In this document: one piece after another, positions 16,843-26,232 of the stretch
Numbering within the stretch: the first letter of the stretch is position 1
Layout: every line of letters starts with the position of its first letter
IMG/VR virus record: IMGVR_UViG_3300014202_000216
Span: 1 to 42,442 of that record
Origin: a virus
Lineage: Duplodnaviria > Caudoviricetes
Length of the DNA: 42,442 nt
Direction: 5' to 3' (one strand)
Translations under genes and position numbers: made by a program
The notes under the pieces: model-generated
The model's database searches: none
The model's input: the letters and a program-made list of their open reading frames with translations, nothing else
What the model was told of the DNA's origin: nothing

Positions 16843-16885
16843 ACCCGCCACGCCTCTCAACGATGCGCCTCAGGCGGGTTTTTCT
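16843..16885 (+). terminator. Intrinsic terminator in the late leader
   Basis: ACCCGCC...GGCGGGT followed by TTTTCT. Confidence 0.55.
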
Positions 16886-16948
16886 ATTGAGCCATACCCG
16901 ACGCGCTCCGGTCAACGAGCGCATAGCAGCAGAAGAAGGACGAAGACC

Positions 16949-17218
16949 ATGTTCACAATCAAGTTTGAATACCCCAACGACACTACGCCACTCATGACAA
17001 CGCGCGTCTATGAGGCGCGACAGTATAGCGTTGTCGGGTTTCCCGACGGCTCGCGCGAAATCGTGATCCCCAACGAAAATGGCGTTGGCACTCATCATTG
17101 CGGGTTCTCCCGTGCATTTGTGATGAACGATGCCGGGGCCACAATCGACAAGATCGATAATCGCGGATGTGGTGTGCCTGTCACAGTCGCTCCGTCGCCC
17201 GAAAAACAGACCGCATAA
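16949..17218 (+). CDS. Hypothetical protein
   Basis: RBS AAGGA; AFVMNDAGATIDKI. Confidence 0.65.
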   Translation: MFTIKFEYPNDTTPLMTTRVYEARQYSVVGFPDGSREIVIPNENGVGTHHCGFSRAFVMNDAGATIDKIDNRGCGVPVTVAPSPEKQTA

Positions 17219-17408
17219 TCAAAGCCCCAGCATAGCCCGCTATGGTTCTGCTGGGGCCTCGCCCGTCGAGAGCAGCGCCCCCAGTCCTAAGACTGAGGGC
17301 ACCATCCATCCGGCTGTTTCAGCAGCCGACCGACTGACCACAAGCCCGACAAGGACCGGACCTATGGCTGTATGCAGAGTGCCCCGACGCATCGTGGGAG
17401 TCGAGTGA

Positions 17409-17672
17409 TTGTCCGATAACCAGCCGATAGGCGAGGGCTGGCACCTCGATAAGCGCGTGCCGATCAGCCTCATCGCTATGCTTCTGGCGCAGATCATGGC
17501 CTTCGCGTGGTGGGGTTCAAACCTAGACGCTCGTGTGGCCTCACTGGAAGCAGCGGCCCCCAAGACCTTCGAGCTTTCAGAGCGCATGGCGCGGATTGAA
17601 GAGCAGGTCAAATCGGCGGGCTATACGCTCAATCGCATTGAGAACAAGCTGGACCAGAAGGCAGATAAGTGA
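17409..17672 (+). CDS. Single-TM coiled-coil protein (holin/XhlA-like)
   Basis: WHLDKRVPISLIAMLLAQ..WW then coiled coil LNRIENKLD; TTG start after GGGAG. Confidence 0.65.
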   Translation: MSDNQPIGEGWHLDKRVPISLIAMLLAQIMAFAWWGSNLDARVASLEAAAPKTFELSERMARIEEQVKSAGYTLNRIENKLDQKADK

Positions 17673-17807
17673 CTGCCCAGATCATCAATTTCGCCAAAGC
17701 TAAACAACAAATCACCGACAAGAACGAACGCGCTGGTCAATGGATCTTGGACCACGCAGAGCAGACCCGCGCCTTGAAATATAGCACGGAGGCTAAGGAA
17801 GCACCCA

Positions 17808-18110
17808 ATGGCTAAGGTTTACATCACTGAATATTCCGATTTGGCACGTGATGTGCCTGGAATGATTATCCCTGTGGCATTCGAGCCGTGCGTAACGACG
17901 CAGATTGTCGCTATTGGTGGATCGACTGTCCAGAGCTCGGCCTTCAATGCAGTTACAAAATTTGTCCGGCTTCATTCGGATGCAATTTGCTCTGTGGCAT
18001 TCGGGGTTAACCCCGTGGCAACAACATCAACGCAGCGGGTAGCAGCTGGGGCGACGGAATATTTCAAAGTCTCACCCGGCCACAAGATCGCCGTTATTAC
18101 GAACACATAG
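17808..18110 (+). CDS. Putative small virion structural protein
   Basis: Beta-rich, FVRLHSDAICSVAFGVNPVAT. Confidence 0.6.
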   Translation: MAKVYITEYSDLARDVPGMIIPVAFEPCVTTQIVAIGGSTVQSSAFNAVTKFVRLHSDAICSVAFGVNPVATTSTQRVAAGATEYFKVSPGHKIAVITNT

Positions 18111-18118
18111 GCCCAGAA

Positions 18119-18613
18119 ATGATTGGCAATGTTAGCACACCCTCTGCGGGATCACTCGCAGAGTTGGGACTTCTATTGGATTTATTCAGGAATGCTGATG
18201 ATTTCCAAGGGAAGTTGGATGCTTTGAAGAGGCTCATCAAGGATAGCGACAAGGCGCAATCAGATGCCTTGGCTGTTATCGAGAAGAGCAAGGTAGCTAA
18301 TGCTGAGAGCGCTGATGTTTTGGCGCGGATTGAAAGTGACGCCAACGCGTTAGCTGTGCGCGAGGCCAATCTTGTGAAGATGGAACAGGCCTACGCTGCT
18401 GGAAAGCAAGCGTGGACAGTCGAGTCTCAGAAGCGCGAGGCCGACATAGCCGCGCGCGAGGCAAGTGTTCTCGCCCGTGAAAAATCAGTCACCGGCTTGC
18501 AGGCGCAGGCCCAAGCGATGATGGCCGCTGCCAAAGATGCAAACGCCAAGGCTGAGGCCACGCAACTCGAACTTGATACTAAACTGGATGCGATGCGAAA
18601 GGCGGTGGCTTGA
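18119..18613 (+). CDS. Coiled-coil protein
   Basis: Ala/Lys/Glu-rich helical sequence. Confidence 0.65.
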   Translation: MIGNVSTPSAGSLAELGLLLDLFRNADDFQGKLDALKRLIKDSDKAQSDALAVIEKSKVANAESADVLARIESDANALAVREANLVKMEQAYAAGKQAWTVESQKREADIAAREASVLAREKSVTGLQAQAQAMMAAAKDANAKAEATQLELDTKLDAMRKAVA

Positions 18614-18900
18614 TGGGTACGCAAGGTTCTGGACTGGTTCTACCTGCGGGTAGCGCACCGCAAGCTGATGTTCTGCCTGCCGGTTTGAACGTGGTGACGA
18701 TTGCGGGCTTTGACGATAGCGGGTTGATCCGCTGCGAATACCCCGACGGCTTTGTGAAGCATTGCACAGCAGATGATGTGACCGACTTGTTGGGCAAGGT
18801 CACGGCGCAGATCAAGTCGCGTTACGGCGACGGCAATGTGGATTTCGTCAGCATCCCGACCGCTATTGAAGCCGGTCAGACCATTGAATTTCTGAGGTAA
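18610..18900 (+). CDS. Hypothetical protein
   Basis: Coupled to neighbours. Confidence 0.55.
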   Translation: MMGTQGSGLVLPAGSAPQADVLPAGLNVVTIAGFDDSGLIRCEYPDGFVKHCTADDVTDLLGKVTAQIKSRYGDGNVDFVSIPTAIEAGQTIEFLR

Positions 18901-18903
18901 GAC

Positions 18904-19311
18904 ATGGCGAGCAATTTGAAGGTTGCAGCAACAGCAAAGAACGCTGGGCTGGACGCCAAATACACCACAGCTATCGGTACGAGCGGGCTGATGCGGATTT
19001 ACAGCGGCACGCAGCCGACGGACGCGGACACGGCGCTTGGTGCGCAGGTAATGCTCGCCGAGCTGGCCTTGTCGTCAACGGCTGCTGCGGCGGCATCTGG
19101 TGGCGTCCTGACGCTGAACAGCATTTCACCTGATACGAGCGCCAATGCGACCGGCGCGGCAGCGTGGGGCACGCTGACGACATCTGGCGGTACGCGCAAG
19201 GCCGACTTTTCGGTGGGGACATCGGGGGCAGACTTGAACCTAAACACCACGTCGATTGTGGCAGGTGCGACGGTGAGTGTAACGAGCTATACGATTACAT
19301 CTGGGAACTAG
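18904..19311 (+). CDS. Putative virion structural protein
   Basis: LMRIYSGTQP..AD, DTSANATG.A.W, VGTSGADLNLNTTSI. Confidence 0.7.
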   Translation: MASNLKVAATAKNAGLDAKYTTAIGTSGLMRIYSGTQPTDADTALGAQVMLAELALSSTAAAAASGGVLTLNSISPDTSANATGAAAWGTLTTSGGTRKADFSVGTSGADLNLNTTSIVAGATVSVTSYTITSGN

Positions 19312-19321
19312 GCATTAAGCC

Positions 19322-21232
19322 ATGACGACCTATAGGTATTTACGTCTTTTCAACGCCAATACCTACAGCACACTTGCTGGCTACTACGATGTCCGATGGT
19401 CGAACGACGGGGGGAGTACAACCTATCCGCCGAATATGACATCTAATTCGGCCCCGTCGCCGAACGTCGCCTCGGTTAGCAATGCGTATAGTGCGACATA
19501 TGAAGCATGGAAAGTATTTGATAGCAGTGGTTCCACATATTGGGACACGAACTATGGCTACGCAGCAAATAGCTGGATTACAATAGACCTTGGTGCTGGC
19601 AATGGAATTGCGCCAAATTGGCTGCAATATGTCATCCACAATCAGGGTGCGTATGACCGATCTCCGACTGCCATCTCTGCTTATGGGTCTAATACAGGGT
19701 TATTCTCCGGCGAAGAAGCTCTTCTATATTCTGCGGCTGGGCTATCGTCGCGATCTGACTACACAACCGTCACCCACACATGGACGCCTCCGGCTACAGG
19801 CTCTGGGGCTTCGACTGAATCCAACGACACTGCCTCTGGTAGTGGTGTTGAAAAGTTCATTGGATCTGGATCATCTACGGAGGCGAGTGATACTGCTTCC
19901 GGGTCTGGCAAACAGAAGTTCATCGGCTCGGTCGCGGTCACTGAAGGCGCTGACACCGCAAGTGGTAGCGGCGCGACTTATGTTCCGGCCACTGGTGCGG
20001 GGGCGATCACCGAAGGCTCCGACATGCCGAATGGCACGGGGCTTGGTGCTACACCGACGCTGATATTCCTCACGTCAGGCTCTAGCTGGATAGTGCCGGA
20101 TGACTGGGTTTCGGCAGGTAGTCGCATCCACGTTATTGGCGACGGCGGCGCTGATCCTTACAACTTAGGCTATGGCTGTGGCGGCGGGGCTTACGCCAGA
20201 AACGACGATATGGCGCTCACGGTTGGCGCATCTATCTCGTACCAAATTGTGGCTGAGTCGGATACATGGTTCCAAGCCCCGTACATACTGATGGCGGCGG
20301 CAGGCGACAATATCGGTCCGGGCCTTGCATCAAGCTCTATCGGTGACGTTAAGTATTCGGGCGGCTATGGCGGTGGCGATGGCGGTGGCGGTGGCGGGGC
20401 AGGCGGTCCGAATGGGGACGGCGCGGATGCTTCCGGCACGACGGGCGGCGACGGCGGCGGTGGTTTTGGCGGTTCTGGCGGCGCGAGTTCGGTGGCTGGC
20501 GGTGCTGGTACTGAGTTCGACGCGACACATGGATCGGGCGGCGGTGGTGGCTTTGGTGCGGCGGGCGGCTCATACGGCGCGGGTTCAGGTGCTAATTCAG
20601 CCGTCAGCGGTGGTGGCCTTATTGTCATTGAGTATGTGCCCAATAGCGCCATCAGCGGCACAGCGGGGATTACGGAAGGCGAAGACCTAGCTGCTGCAAG
20701 TGGCCTAGAAGAATTCACCGGCACGGCGTCGATTACCGAAGATGCCGACACAATGGCTGGCTCTGGCACCGAGACGCTGGAAGGCACAGCAGACATAACC
20801 GAAGGCGCGGATATACCCAGCGCATCGGGCACACAAGAATTCAACGGCCAAGCAATCATCACAGAGGATGCAGACCTAGCCAACGGTGTTGGGGTCGAGA
20901 TTGCCGAGGGTGCTGCAAGCATCACGGAAAGCCCCGACACAGCGAGCGCAAGCGGTCTTCTGACGATATCCGGCGCTGCTGGCATCACCGAGACAAGTGA
21001 CATACCGGCAGGAGCGGGAACGCTGACCATCCTAGGGGCGGGTTCGATCGCTGAGGGTGACGACATAGCGTCAGCATCGGGCACACACGAGATACCGAGC
21101 GTGAGTGGCTCGGCAGACATAACCGAGGGGCCTGATGTGGCCTTTAGTACTGGCACATCCGGACCTATCACCGAGGTATTAAACAGAGTGGTCGGCTTCC
21201 TTGTGAATGTCGGCAACATGCTGAGCAGATAA
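19322..21232 (+). CDS. Repeat- and Gly-rich fibre/adhesin-like protein with discoidin-like N-terminal domain
   Basis: AWKVFD..STYW, WITIDLG; about 21-aa G.A.ITE..D.ASGSG repeats; Gly-rich domain ending GLIVIEY. Confidence 0.7.
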   Translation: MTTYRYLRLFNANTYSTLAGYYDVRWSNDGGSTTYPPNMTSNSAPSPNVASVSNAYSATYEAWKVFDSSGSTYWDTNYGYAANSWITIDLGAGNGIAPNWLQYVIHNQGAYDRSPTAISAYGSNTGLFSGEEALLYSAAGLSSRSDYTTVTHTWTPPATGSGASTESNDTASGSGVEKFIGSGSSTEASDTASGSGKQKFIGSVAVTEGADTASGSGATYVPATGAGAITEGSDMPNGTGLGATPTLIFLTSGSSWIVPDDWVSAGSRIHVIGDGGADPYNLGYGCGGGAYARNDDMALTVGASISYQIVAESDTWFQAPYILMAAAGDNIGPGLASSSIGDVKYSGGYGGGDGGGGGGAGGPNGDGADASGTTGGDGGGGFGGSGGASSVAGGAGTEFDATHGSGGGGGFGAAGGSYGAGSGANSAVSGGGLIVIEYVPNSAISGTAGITEGEDLAAASGLEEFTGTASITEDADTMAGSGTETLEGTADITEGADIPSASGTQEFNGQAIITEDADLANGVGVEIAEGAASITESPDTASASGLLTISGAAGITETSDIPAGAGTLTILGAGSIAEGDDIASASGTHEIPSVSGSADITEGPDVAFSTGTSGPITEVLNRVVGFLVNVGNMLSR

Positions 21233-21266
21233 CCCATAACGCTCAAACCGAGTGGGACAGGACAAC

Positions 21267-21578
21267 ATGACATCGCCTAGCAAAGTAGAGAAGTCTACTA
21301 GGAAGCCACCGAACGCAGGCAAGGGCCGCAAGGCTGGTGTCCCCAACAAAACAACTGGCGCACTAAAGGATGCAATCCTATTGGCTGGCGCTGCTGTGGG
21401 AGCTGACAGCAACGGCGCTGGCGGGCTTCAGGGCTATCTTGAGCGGGTGGCTAAGGAAGATCAAAAGGCGTTCTGTGGGCTCCTGGGCAAGGTGTTGCCT
21501 ATGACGGTTGTCGGGCCTGACGACGGCGACGGCAAGCCAACAGCAATCCATATCAAAATTGTCGATCCTAGAGGCTGA
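21267..21578 (+). CDS. terS: Terminase small subunit
   Basis: GKGRKAGVPNKTTGALKDAI...LLGKVLP; directly upstream of terL. Confidence 0.8.
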   Translation: MTSPSKVEKSTRKPPNAGKGRKAGVPNKTTGALKDAILLAGAAVGADSNGAGGLQGYLERVAKEDQKAFCGLLGKVLPMTVVGPDDGDGKPTAIHIKIVDPRG

Positions 21579-22932
21579 GGTTCCACGTGCTTTGGCCCCG
21601 CTGCTAAAGCCGTCACGATACAAGGGAGCATACGGAGGTCGAGGCGGCGCAAAGTCTCACTTCTTTGCCGAGCAGCTTGTCATTAGGTGTTTTGCGAGCA
21701 AGACCCGCGCTGTTTGTATCCGTGAGGTTCAAAACTCGATTAAGGATTCTGTCCGCCAGTTGATCGTGGACAAGATCGCCAAGCTGGGGCTGAACAAAGA
21801 TTTCGTAGTGCTGGAGAATGAAATCAGGGGGCCAAACGGCTCCTTTATCATCTTCAAGGGCATGCAGGCTTACAACGCTGACAACATCAAGTCTCTGGAA
21901 GATTTTGACATCGCGTGGGTTGAGGAAGCCCAGACGTTCTCTGCCCAGTCGCTCAAGATGCTGCGCCCTACAATCCGTAAGGATGGTTCCGAGATATGGT
22001 TTTCATGGAACCCGCGTCATGACAACGATCCTGTGGATGCGTTCTTTCGTGGCTCTGGCCGACCGAGTGACGCAGTTGTTGTGTCGGTTAACTGGCATGA
22101 TAACCCGTGGTTCCCCGAAGTCCTGAAGCGAGAGAAGGACCACGACTACGCACACGAGCCTGAGCAGGCCGAGCATGTATGGGGCGGTGGTTATGAGATT
22201 GTCACCGAGGGTGCTTACTACGCCAAGCACCTTGCGGTGTCCGAGCGTGAGGGCCGCATTGGTGACTTTCCGTATAACCCCAGCCTGCCGGTCGATACGG
22301 CTTGGGACATCGGCGTTGATGACTATACGGCAATCTGGTTCATGCAAAATGACGGCGTGAATGTTTATGCCATTGACTATTACGAGGTGAGCGGCGAGGG
22401 CGCAGAGCAGATCGTTCGTTTCGCCCTGCCAGAGATGATCCCGGACTTGCAGGAGCGCGTTGAGGGTCTGCTAGAGGCTGGCCGACCAGTTGCCTACAGA
22501 TATGGACAACACTTCCTCCCACATGACGTAAAGAACCGAGAGTGGGGCGCTGGCGCAAGAACACGCGCATTGACGCTCATGGGGCTTGGAGTGAAGCCCA
22601 TTCACGTGGGCGCGCAGCTAGGCCCCGCAGAACGTATCAACGCATCGCGGCGCATTTTGCCAGTGGTGCATTTCAATAACACATCACGCGTTCAGGTCGG
22701 CTTATCTCGCATGCGCAGATATTGCCGTCGCTGGAACGACAGTATGCAGACGTACACAACACCGCTGCACGACGAGAACAGCCACGGTGCGGACGCCTTC
22801 GGGGAGTTCGCGGTGAATTGTTCCGTAGTGCCAGCAGCGCCAAAGCCCATACCAAAACCAAAGCCCACACAAGGGCAGGTCTATCTCCCTGGCCCGCCCA
22901 CACCATCAACGGGTAAGAGGATCAAAGTCTAA
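21559..22932 (+). CDS. terL: Terminase large subunit (PBSX/Terminase_3 type; TTG start inferred)
   Basis: Walker A YGGRGGAKS, CIREVQNSI, Walker B AWVEEA, FSWNP, nuclease WDIG and SHGADAF. Confidence 0.95.
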   Translation: MSILEAEVPRALAPLLKPSRYKGAYGGRGGAKSHFFAEQLVIRCFASKTRAVCIREVQNSIKDSVRQLIVDKIAKLGLNKDFVVLENEIRGPNGSFIIFKGMQAYNADNIKSLEDFDIAWVEEAQTFSAQSLKMLRPTIRKDGSEIWFSWNPRHDNDPVDAFFRGSGRPSDAVVVSVNWHDNPWFPEVLKREKDHDYAHEPEQAEHVWGGGYEIVTEGAYYAKHLAVSEREGRIGDFPYNPSLPVDTAWDIGVDDYTAIWFMQNDGVNVYAIDYYEVSGEGAEQIVRFALPEMIPDLQERVEGLLEAGRPVAYRYGQHFLPHDVKNREWGAGARTRALTLMGLGVKPIHVGAQLGPAERINASRRILPVVHFNNTSRVQVGLSRMRRYCRRWNDSMQTYTTPLHDENSHGADAFGEFAVNCSVVPAAPKPIPKPKPTQGQVYLPGPPTPSTGKRIKV

Positions 22933-23528
22933 TGCAAGACATGGAAATTGCCCGGTTGCTCCAAGAGCAGGACGCTATGCGAAAGCGTCAGGAAGACGAG
23001 ACGCGCCGCAATCAAGAGTTGATGATGCTCACGCAGCCCAAGCAGCAGCAACAGTCTGGTAGCCCGATGGGCGGCATGAATCCCATGAGCATGATGGGCG
23101 GGCAGGGCGGTATGTTCGGCGGCGGATCAACAGGTGTGACGGCTGGCAACGGCGCGGCGCATACCGGCTCGGCGATGGGCGGGAGTTCAGCGGGCGGCGG
23201 TTCGTGGATGGGCGGGCTCGCGTCCAATCCATACGCTTGGCTTGTTGCGGCGGCTGTCGGCAATGAATTGAACGCCAAGCACGAGGGGCGCAGAGATAGC
23301 GACGCTTTTACGGGTGAGAGCGCTATTACGGGCCGCGCTTTGTACAAAGACGCAGACCATTTAGCCGAGCAGGGCAACAAGGTATTTGACGGGCTAGGGG
23401 ACGGTATGGGCTTGGGGGCGAAGCTGTCTTCACCGCTTGATCTGGCTCGCGGCGATACGTGGTCCGACGCTTGGAAGTACGCCAAGAAGGGCGGCATCCT
23501 CGGCGGGCTTGTGAGGAAGATTTTTTGA
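22932..23528 (+). CDS. Gly/Met/Gln-rich protein between terL and portal
   Basis: TAATG and TGATG coupling to both neighbours. Confidence 0.65.
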   Translation: MQDMEIARLLQEQDAMRKRQEDETRRNQELMMLTQPKQQQQSGSPMGGMNPMSMMGGQGGMFGGGSTGVTAGNGAAHTGSAMGGSSAGGGSWMGGLASNPYAWLVAAAVGNELNAKHEGRRDSDAFTGESAITGRALYKDADHLAEQGNKVFDGLGDGMGLGAKLSSPLDLARGDTWSDAWKYAKKGGILGGLVRKIF

Positions 23529-25636
23529 TGGCCGATGGTATGGAAGCGTCCGAGCCTGAAGATGCAGAATATGCGGGCGAAGAAGCCTATGACACGGACG
23601 CAAAGCCGTGGCTTGATATGATCAAGGACGCGGAGAAGTGCCTCCAGACCTATCAGGACAAATGTGACAATATCGACAAGCTGTATGCCGATCTTGAGAA
23701 GTTGTCCGGCGAGAACACAGACCGTGAGTTTCAGATATTCTGGGCCAATCTTGAGGTGTTGAAGCCATCAATTTATGCCCGTCCGCCTGTGCCTGTTGTT
23801 GTACCCACATTCCGCAACCGCAAGGAATTGCCGCGCAAGGCTGCTGATATGCTTGAGCGGTCGCTGGTGGCATCGTTTCGGGTTGAGCGCATTGATGAGG
23901 TCATGCGCCTTATTCGTGACGATCTGGCAACTAACGCCCGTGGTGCTGTGTGGCTTCGTTATGAGGCCAATCAATCAGAGGACGGTCAGATTGACGAGAA
24001 GGTCGGGTACGACCACGTTGACCGTAAAGACTTCCTGCATGATCCGGCCCGCAAATGGCGCGAGGTCGAGTGGGTTGCCCGTCGCTCGTGGTTGACACGC
24101 AAGGCTGGCATTGACCGTTTCGGGGAAGCATTTCTCGACGCCGATTTCAAAGAGCGCACGACTGACAAGGATGACGAATACAAAGGCGAGAAGAAGGCCG
24201 CTGTTTGGGAAATCTGGCACAAGACAGAGAATGTTGTCGTGTGGGTTTCTCCGAGCATGGATACCGTGCTCGACATACAGCCGCCGTTCCTGACATTGGA
24301 GGGGTTCTTCCCGTGCCCGCGTCCGGCGTATGGCACAGTGATGCGCTCGAAACTCGTGCCGGTGCCTGACTTCCTCTATTACAAAGACCAGATTGAGGAA
24401 ATCAACGAACTGACGGCGCGTATCAGTGCGCTGTCTGAATATCTGCGCATGAAAGGCTTCTATGCGTCCGGCGCTGAGGATATTGGCGCGGCGCTTGAGA
24501 CGGCCATCAAGCAGCAGGACAACAACGCGCTTCTGATCCCGCTGCCAAATTATACAGCCTTGGGCGGCACGGCCATCAAAGACTCGATTGCATGGATGCC
24601 GGTTGTCGAGGTGGCGAATACGGTCAAGGAACTCATCGGCCTGCGTCAGCAGCTTATTCAGGACGTGTACGAAATCACGGGCCTGAGCGACATCATGCGC
24701 GGCGCGACGAACCCGAATGAAACGCTGGGTGCGCAGGAACTCAAGAGCCAATACGGTTCGGTGCGTGTGCGTGACCGTCAGAATGAATTGATCCGCGTGG
24801 CTTTGGACATGGCGCAGATCGCGGGCGAAATCATGGCTGAGAATTTCCAGCCGCAGACATTGCTCGCCATGTCGCAGATGGACGATTTGCCGACACAAGC
24901 GGCTATTCAGCAGCAAGTTCAGGCCATTGTGATGCAGGTGCAGCAGGTCCAACAGAACCCGCAAGCCGTACAGTTGGCTGAGGCAAACCCAGAACAGGCC
25001 AAGCAGCTATTGCAGCAGGCTCAACAGCAGGTGCAGACACTACAGAACACGGTCACGGTAGAGAGCATTATTGAACTTCTCCGTTCACAGCGTATGCGCC
25101 CGTTCATTCTGGACATTGAGACAGATTCTACAATTCAGCCGAACGAAGACGCAGCCAAGCAGCGGGCGAGCGAGTTTATTACGGCGGTCGGTGGATTCTT
25201 GCAGCAGGCCGTTCCGTTGGTTCAGCAGGTGCCGGAAGCTACGCCCATGACTATGGCTATGCTCCGTTATGTGGCAGGACAATTCCGCGCCGGACGCGAG
25301 TTAGACGGCGTGATTGACGAGTTTGCGAGCAAGGCCGAGCAGATGGCAAGCCAGCCCAAGCCGCCCAGCCCTGAGCAGATGAAGGTCGAACAGGAAGCCA
25401 AGGCCGCTCAGGCTGATATGCAGATCAAACAAGGCGAGATGCAGCTCAAGATGCAGGACATGCAAATGAAGCATCAGTCCGAAATGCAGCAGTCGCGCGT
25501 TGACCTTGCCCAAGCGCAAGCCGACTTGCAGAAGACCGGCGCTGAGATTGAAAAGATTTACGCTGAGATTGCCCGCATTGGCGTGCAGGCCGTAGCAGCA
25601 GCGCAACCCAAACCGGAGCCTGCTCATGGCGTTTAA
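23528..25636 (+). CDS. Portal protein with Gln-rich C-terminal barrel
   Basis: About 700 aa after terminase; YEITGLSDIMRG..ETLGAQ; Q-rich tail. Confidence 0.9.
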   Translation: MADGMEASEPEDAEYAGEEAYDTDAKPWLDMIKDAEKCLQTYQDKCDNIDKLYADLEKLSGENTDREFQIFWANLEVLKPSIYARPPVPVVVPTFRNRKELPRKAADMLERSLVASFRVERIDEVMRLIRDDLATNARGAVWLRYEANQSEDGQIDEKVGYDHVDRKDFLHDPARKWREVEWVARRSWLTRKAGIDRFGEAFLDADFKERTTDKDDEYKGEKKAAVWEIWHKTENVVVWVSPSMDTVLDIQPPFLTLEGFFPCPRPAYGTVMRSKLVPVPDFLYYKDQIEEINELTARISALSEYLRMKGFYASGAEDIGAALETAIKQQDNNALLIPLPNYTALGGTAIKDSIAWMPVVEVANTVKELIGLRQQLIQDVYEITGLSDIMRGATNPNETLGAQELKSQYGSVRVRDRQNELIRVALDMAQIAGEIMAENFQPQTLLAMSQMDDLPTQAAIQQQVQAIVMQVQQVQQNPQAVQLAEANPEQAKQLLQQAQQQVQTLQNTVTVESIIELLRSQRMRPFILDIETDSTIQPNEDAAKQRASEFITAVGGFLQQAVPLVQQVPEATPMTMAMLRYVAGQFRAGRELDGVIDEFASKAEQMASQPKPPSPEQMKVEQEAKAAQADMQIKQGEMQLKMQDMQMKHQSEMQQSRVDLAQAQADLQKTGAEIEKIYAEIARIGVQAVAAAQPKPEPAHGV

Positions 25637-25871
25637 CATTGATGATCGCTTGATAGACACCGCGCGATTGGCAGCCAGCGATATGCAAGCGCATGGTAGA
25701 GAATTTCCCGCAGACTACGAAGATAGGCTTAAGGCAGACCTTCGGGCCATTACGATTGAAGACTGCCCGCACAAGTGGAATGGTCGCCACCTTACGAATG
25801 GCGAACGTTTCGTCTACGGCAAAACAGCGCTCGTCTACAAGGCTTTCGGGGTTGCAGTGGATGGCGCGTGA
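25626..25871 (+). CDS. Small hypothetical protein
   Basis: 11-bp overlaps with both neighbours; RBS GGAG. Confidence 0.5.
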   Translation: MAFNIDDRLIDTARLAASDMQAHGREFPADYEDRLKADLRAITIEDCPHKWNGRHLTNGERFVYGKTALVYKAFGVAVDGA

Positions 25872-26208
25872 ACGTCTCTGCAAGGTCTGTGGCAAGTGGC
25901 ACAGCCTAGACGAGCCGTGGCCCGCTGAGTGCTGGCGCGAACGCGCTCCGGCCCGTTCGGACCTATCGGCCCCGATGATTATTCAGGACACGATTCAACC
26001 TATCCGCAGCATGGCAGACGGTAAGGTTTACACGTCGAAATCAGCCATGCGTCAGTCCTATCTGCCGGGCGGCAACCCTGACGGCAAGCGATACATCGAA
26101 ATTGGAGACGAGGCCCCGACAAGGCCCGCTCCGAAGCCAAGACCCGACCGTAAGGCCATTAAGGCAACGGTAGACAAAGCATTCAGCCGCGCTGGCTTGG
26201 GCGCTTAA
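25861..26208 (+). CDS. Head-region protein with CxxC
   Basis: CKVCGKWH...RSMADGKVYTSKSAMR between portal and scaffold. Confidence 0.7.
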   Translation: MARERLCKVCGKWHSLDEPWPAECWRERAPARSDLSAPMIIQDTIQPIRSMADGKVYTSKSAMRQSYLPGGNPDGKRYIEIGDEAPTRPAPKPRPDRKAIKATVDKAFSRAGLGA

Positions 26209-26232
26209 GACAACCTCTCAGACAGGTGCAAC

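Noticed and set aside
20365-21273. Long antisense ORFs (also 23975-24964 and 33365-34282)
   Set aside because: Shadows of GC-rich sense-strand structural genes
21508-21578. Programmed frameshift fusing terS and terL
   Set aside because: No slippery sequence; a TTG start overlapping the terS end explains the layout
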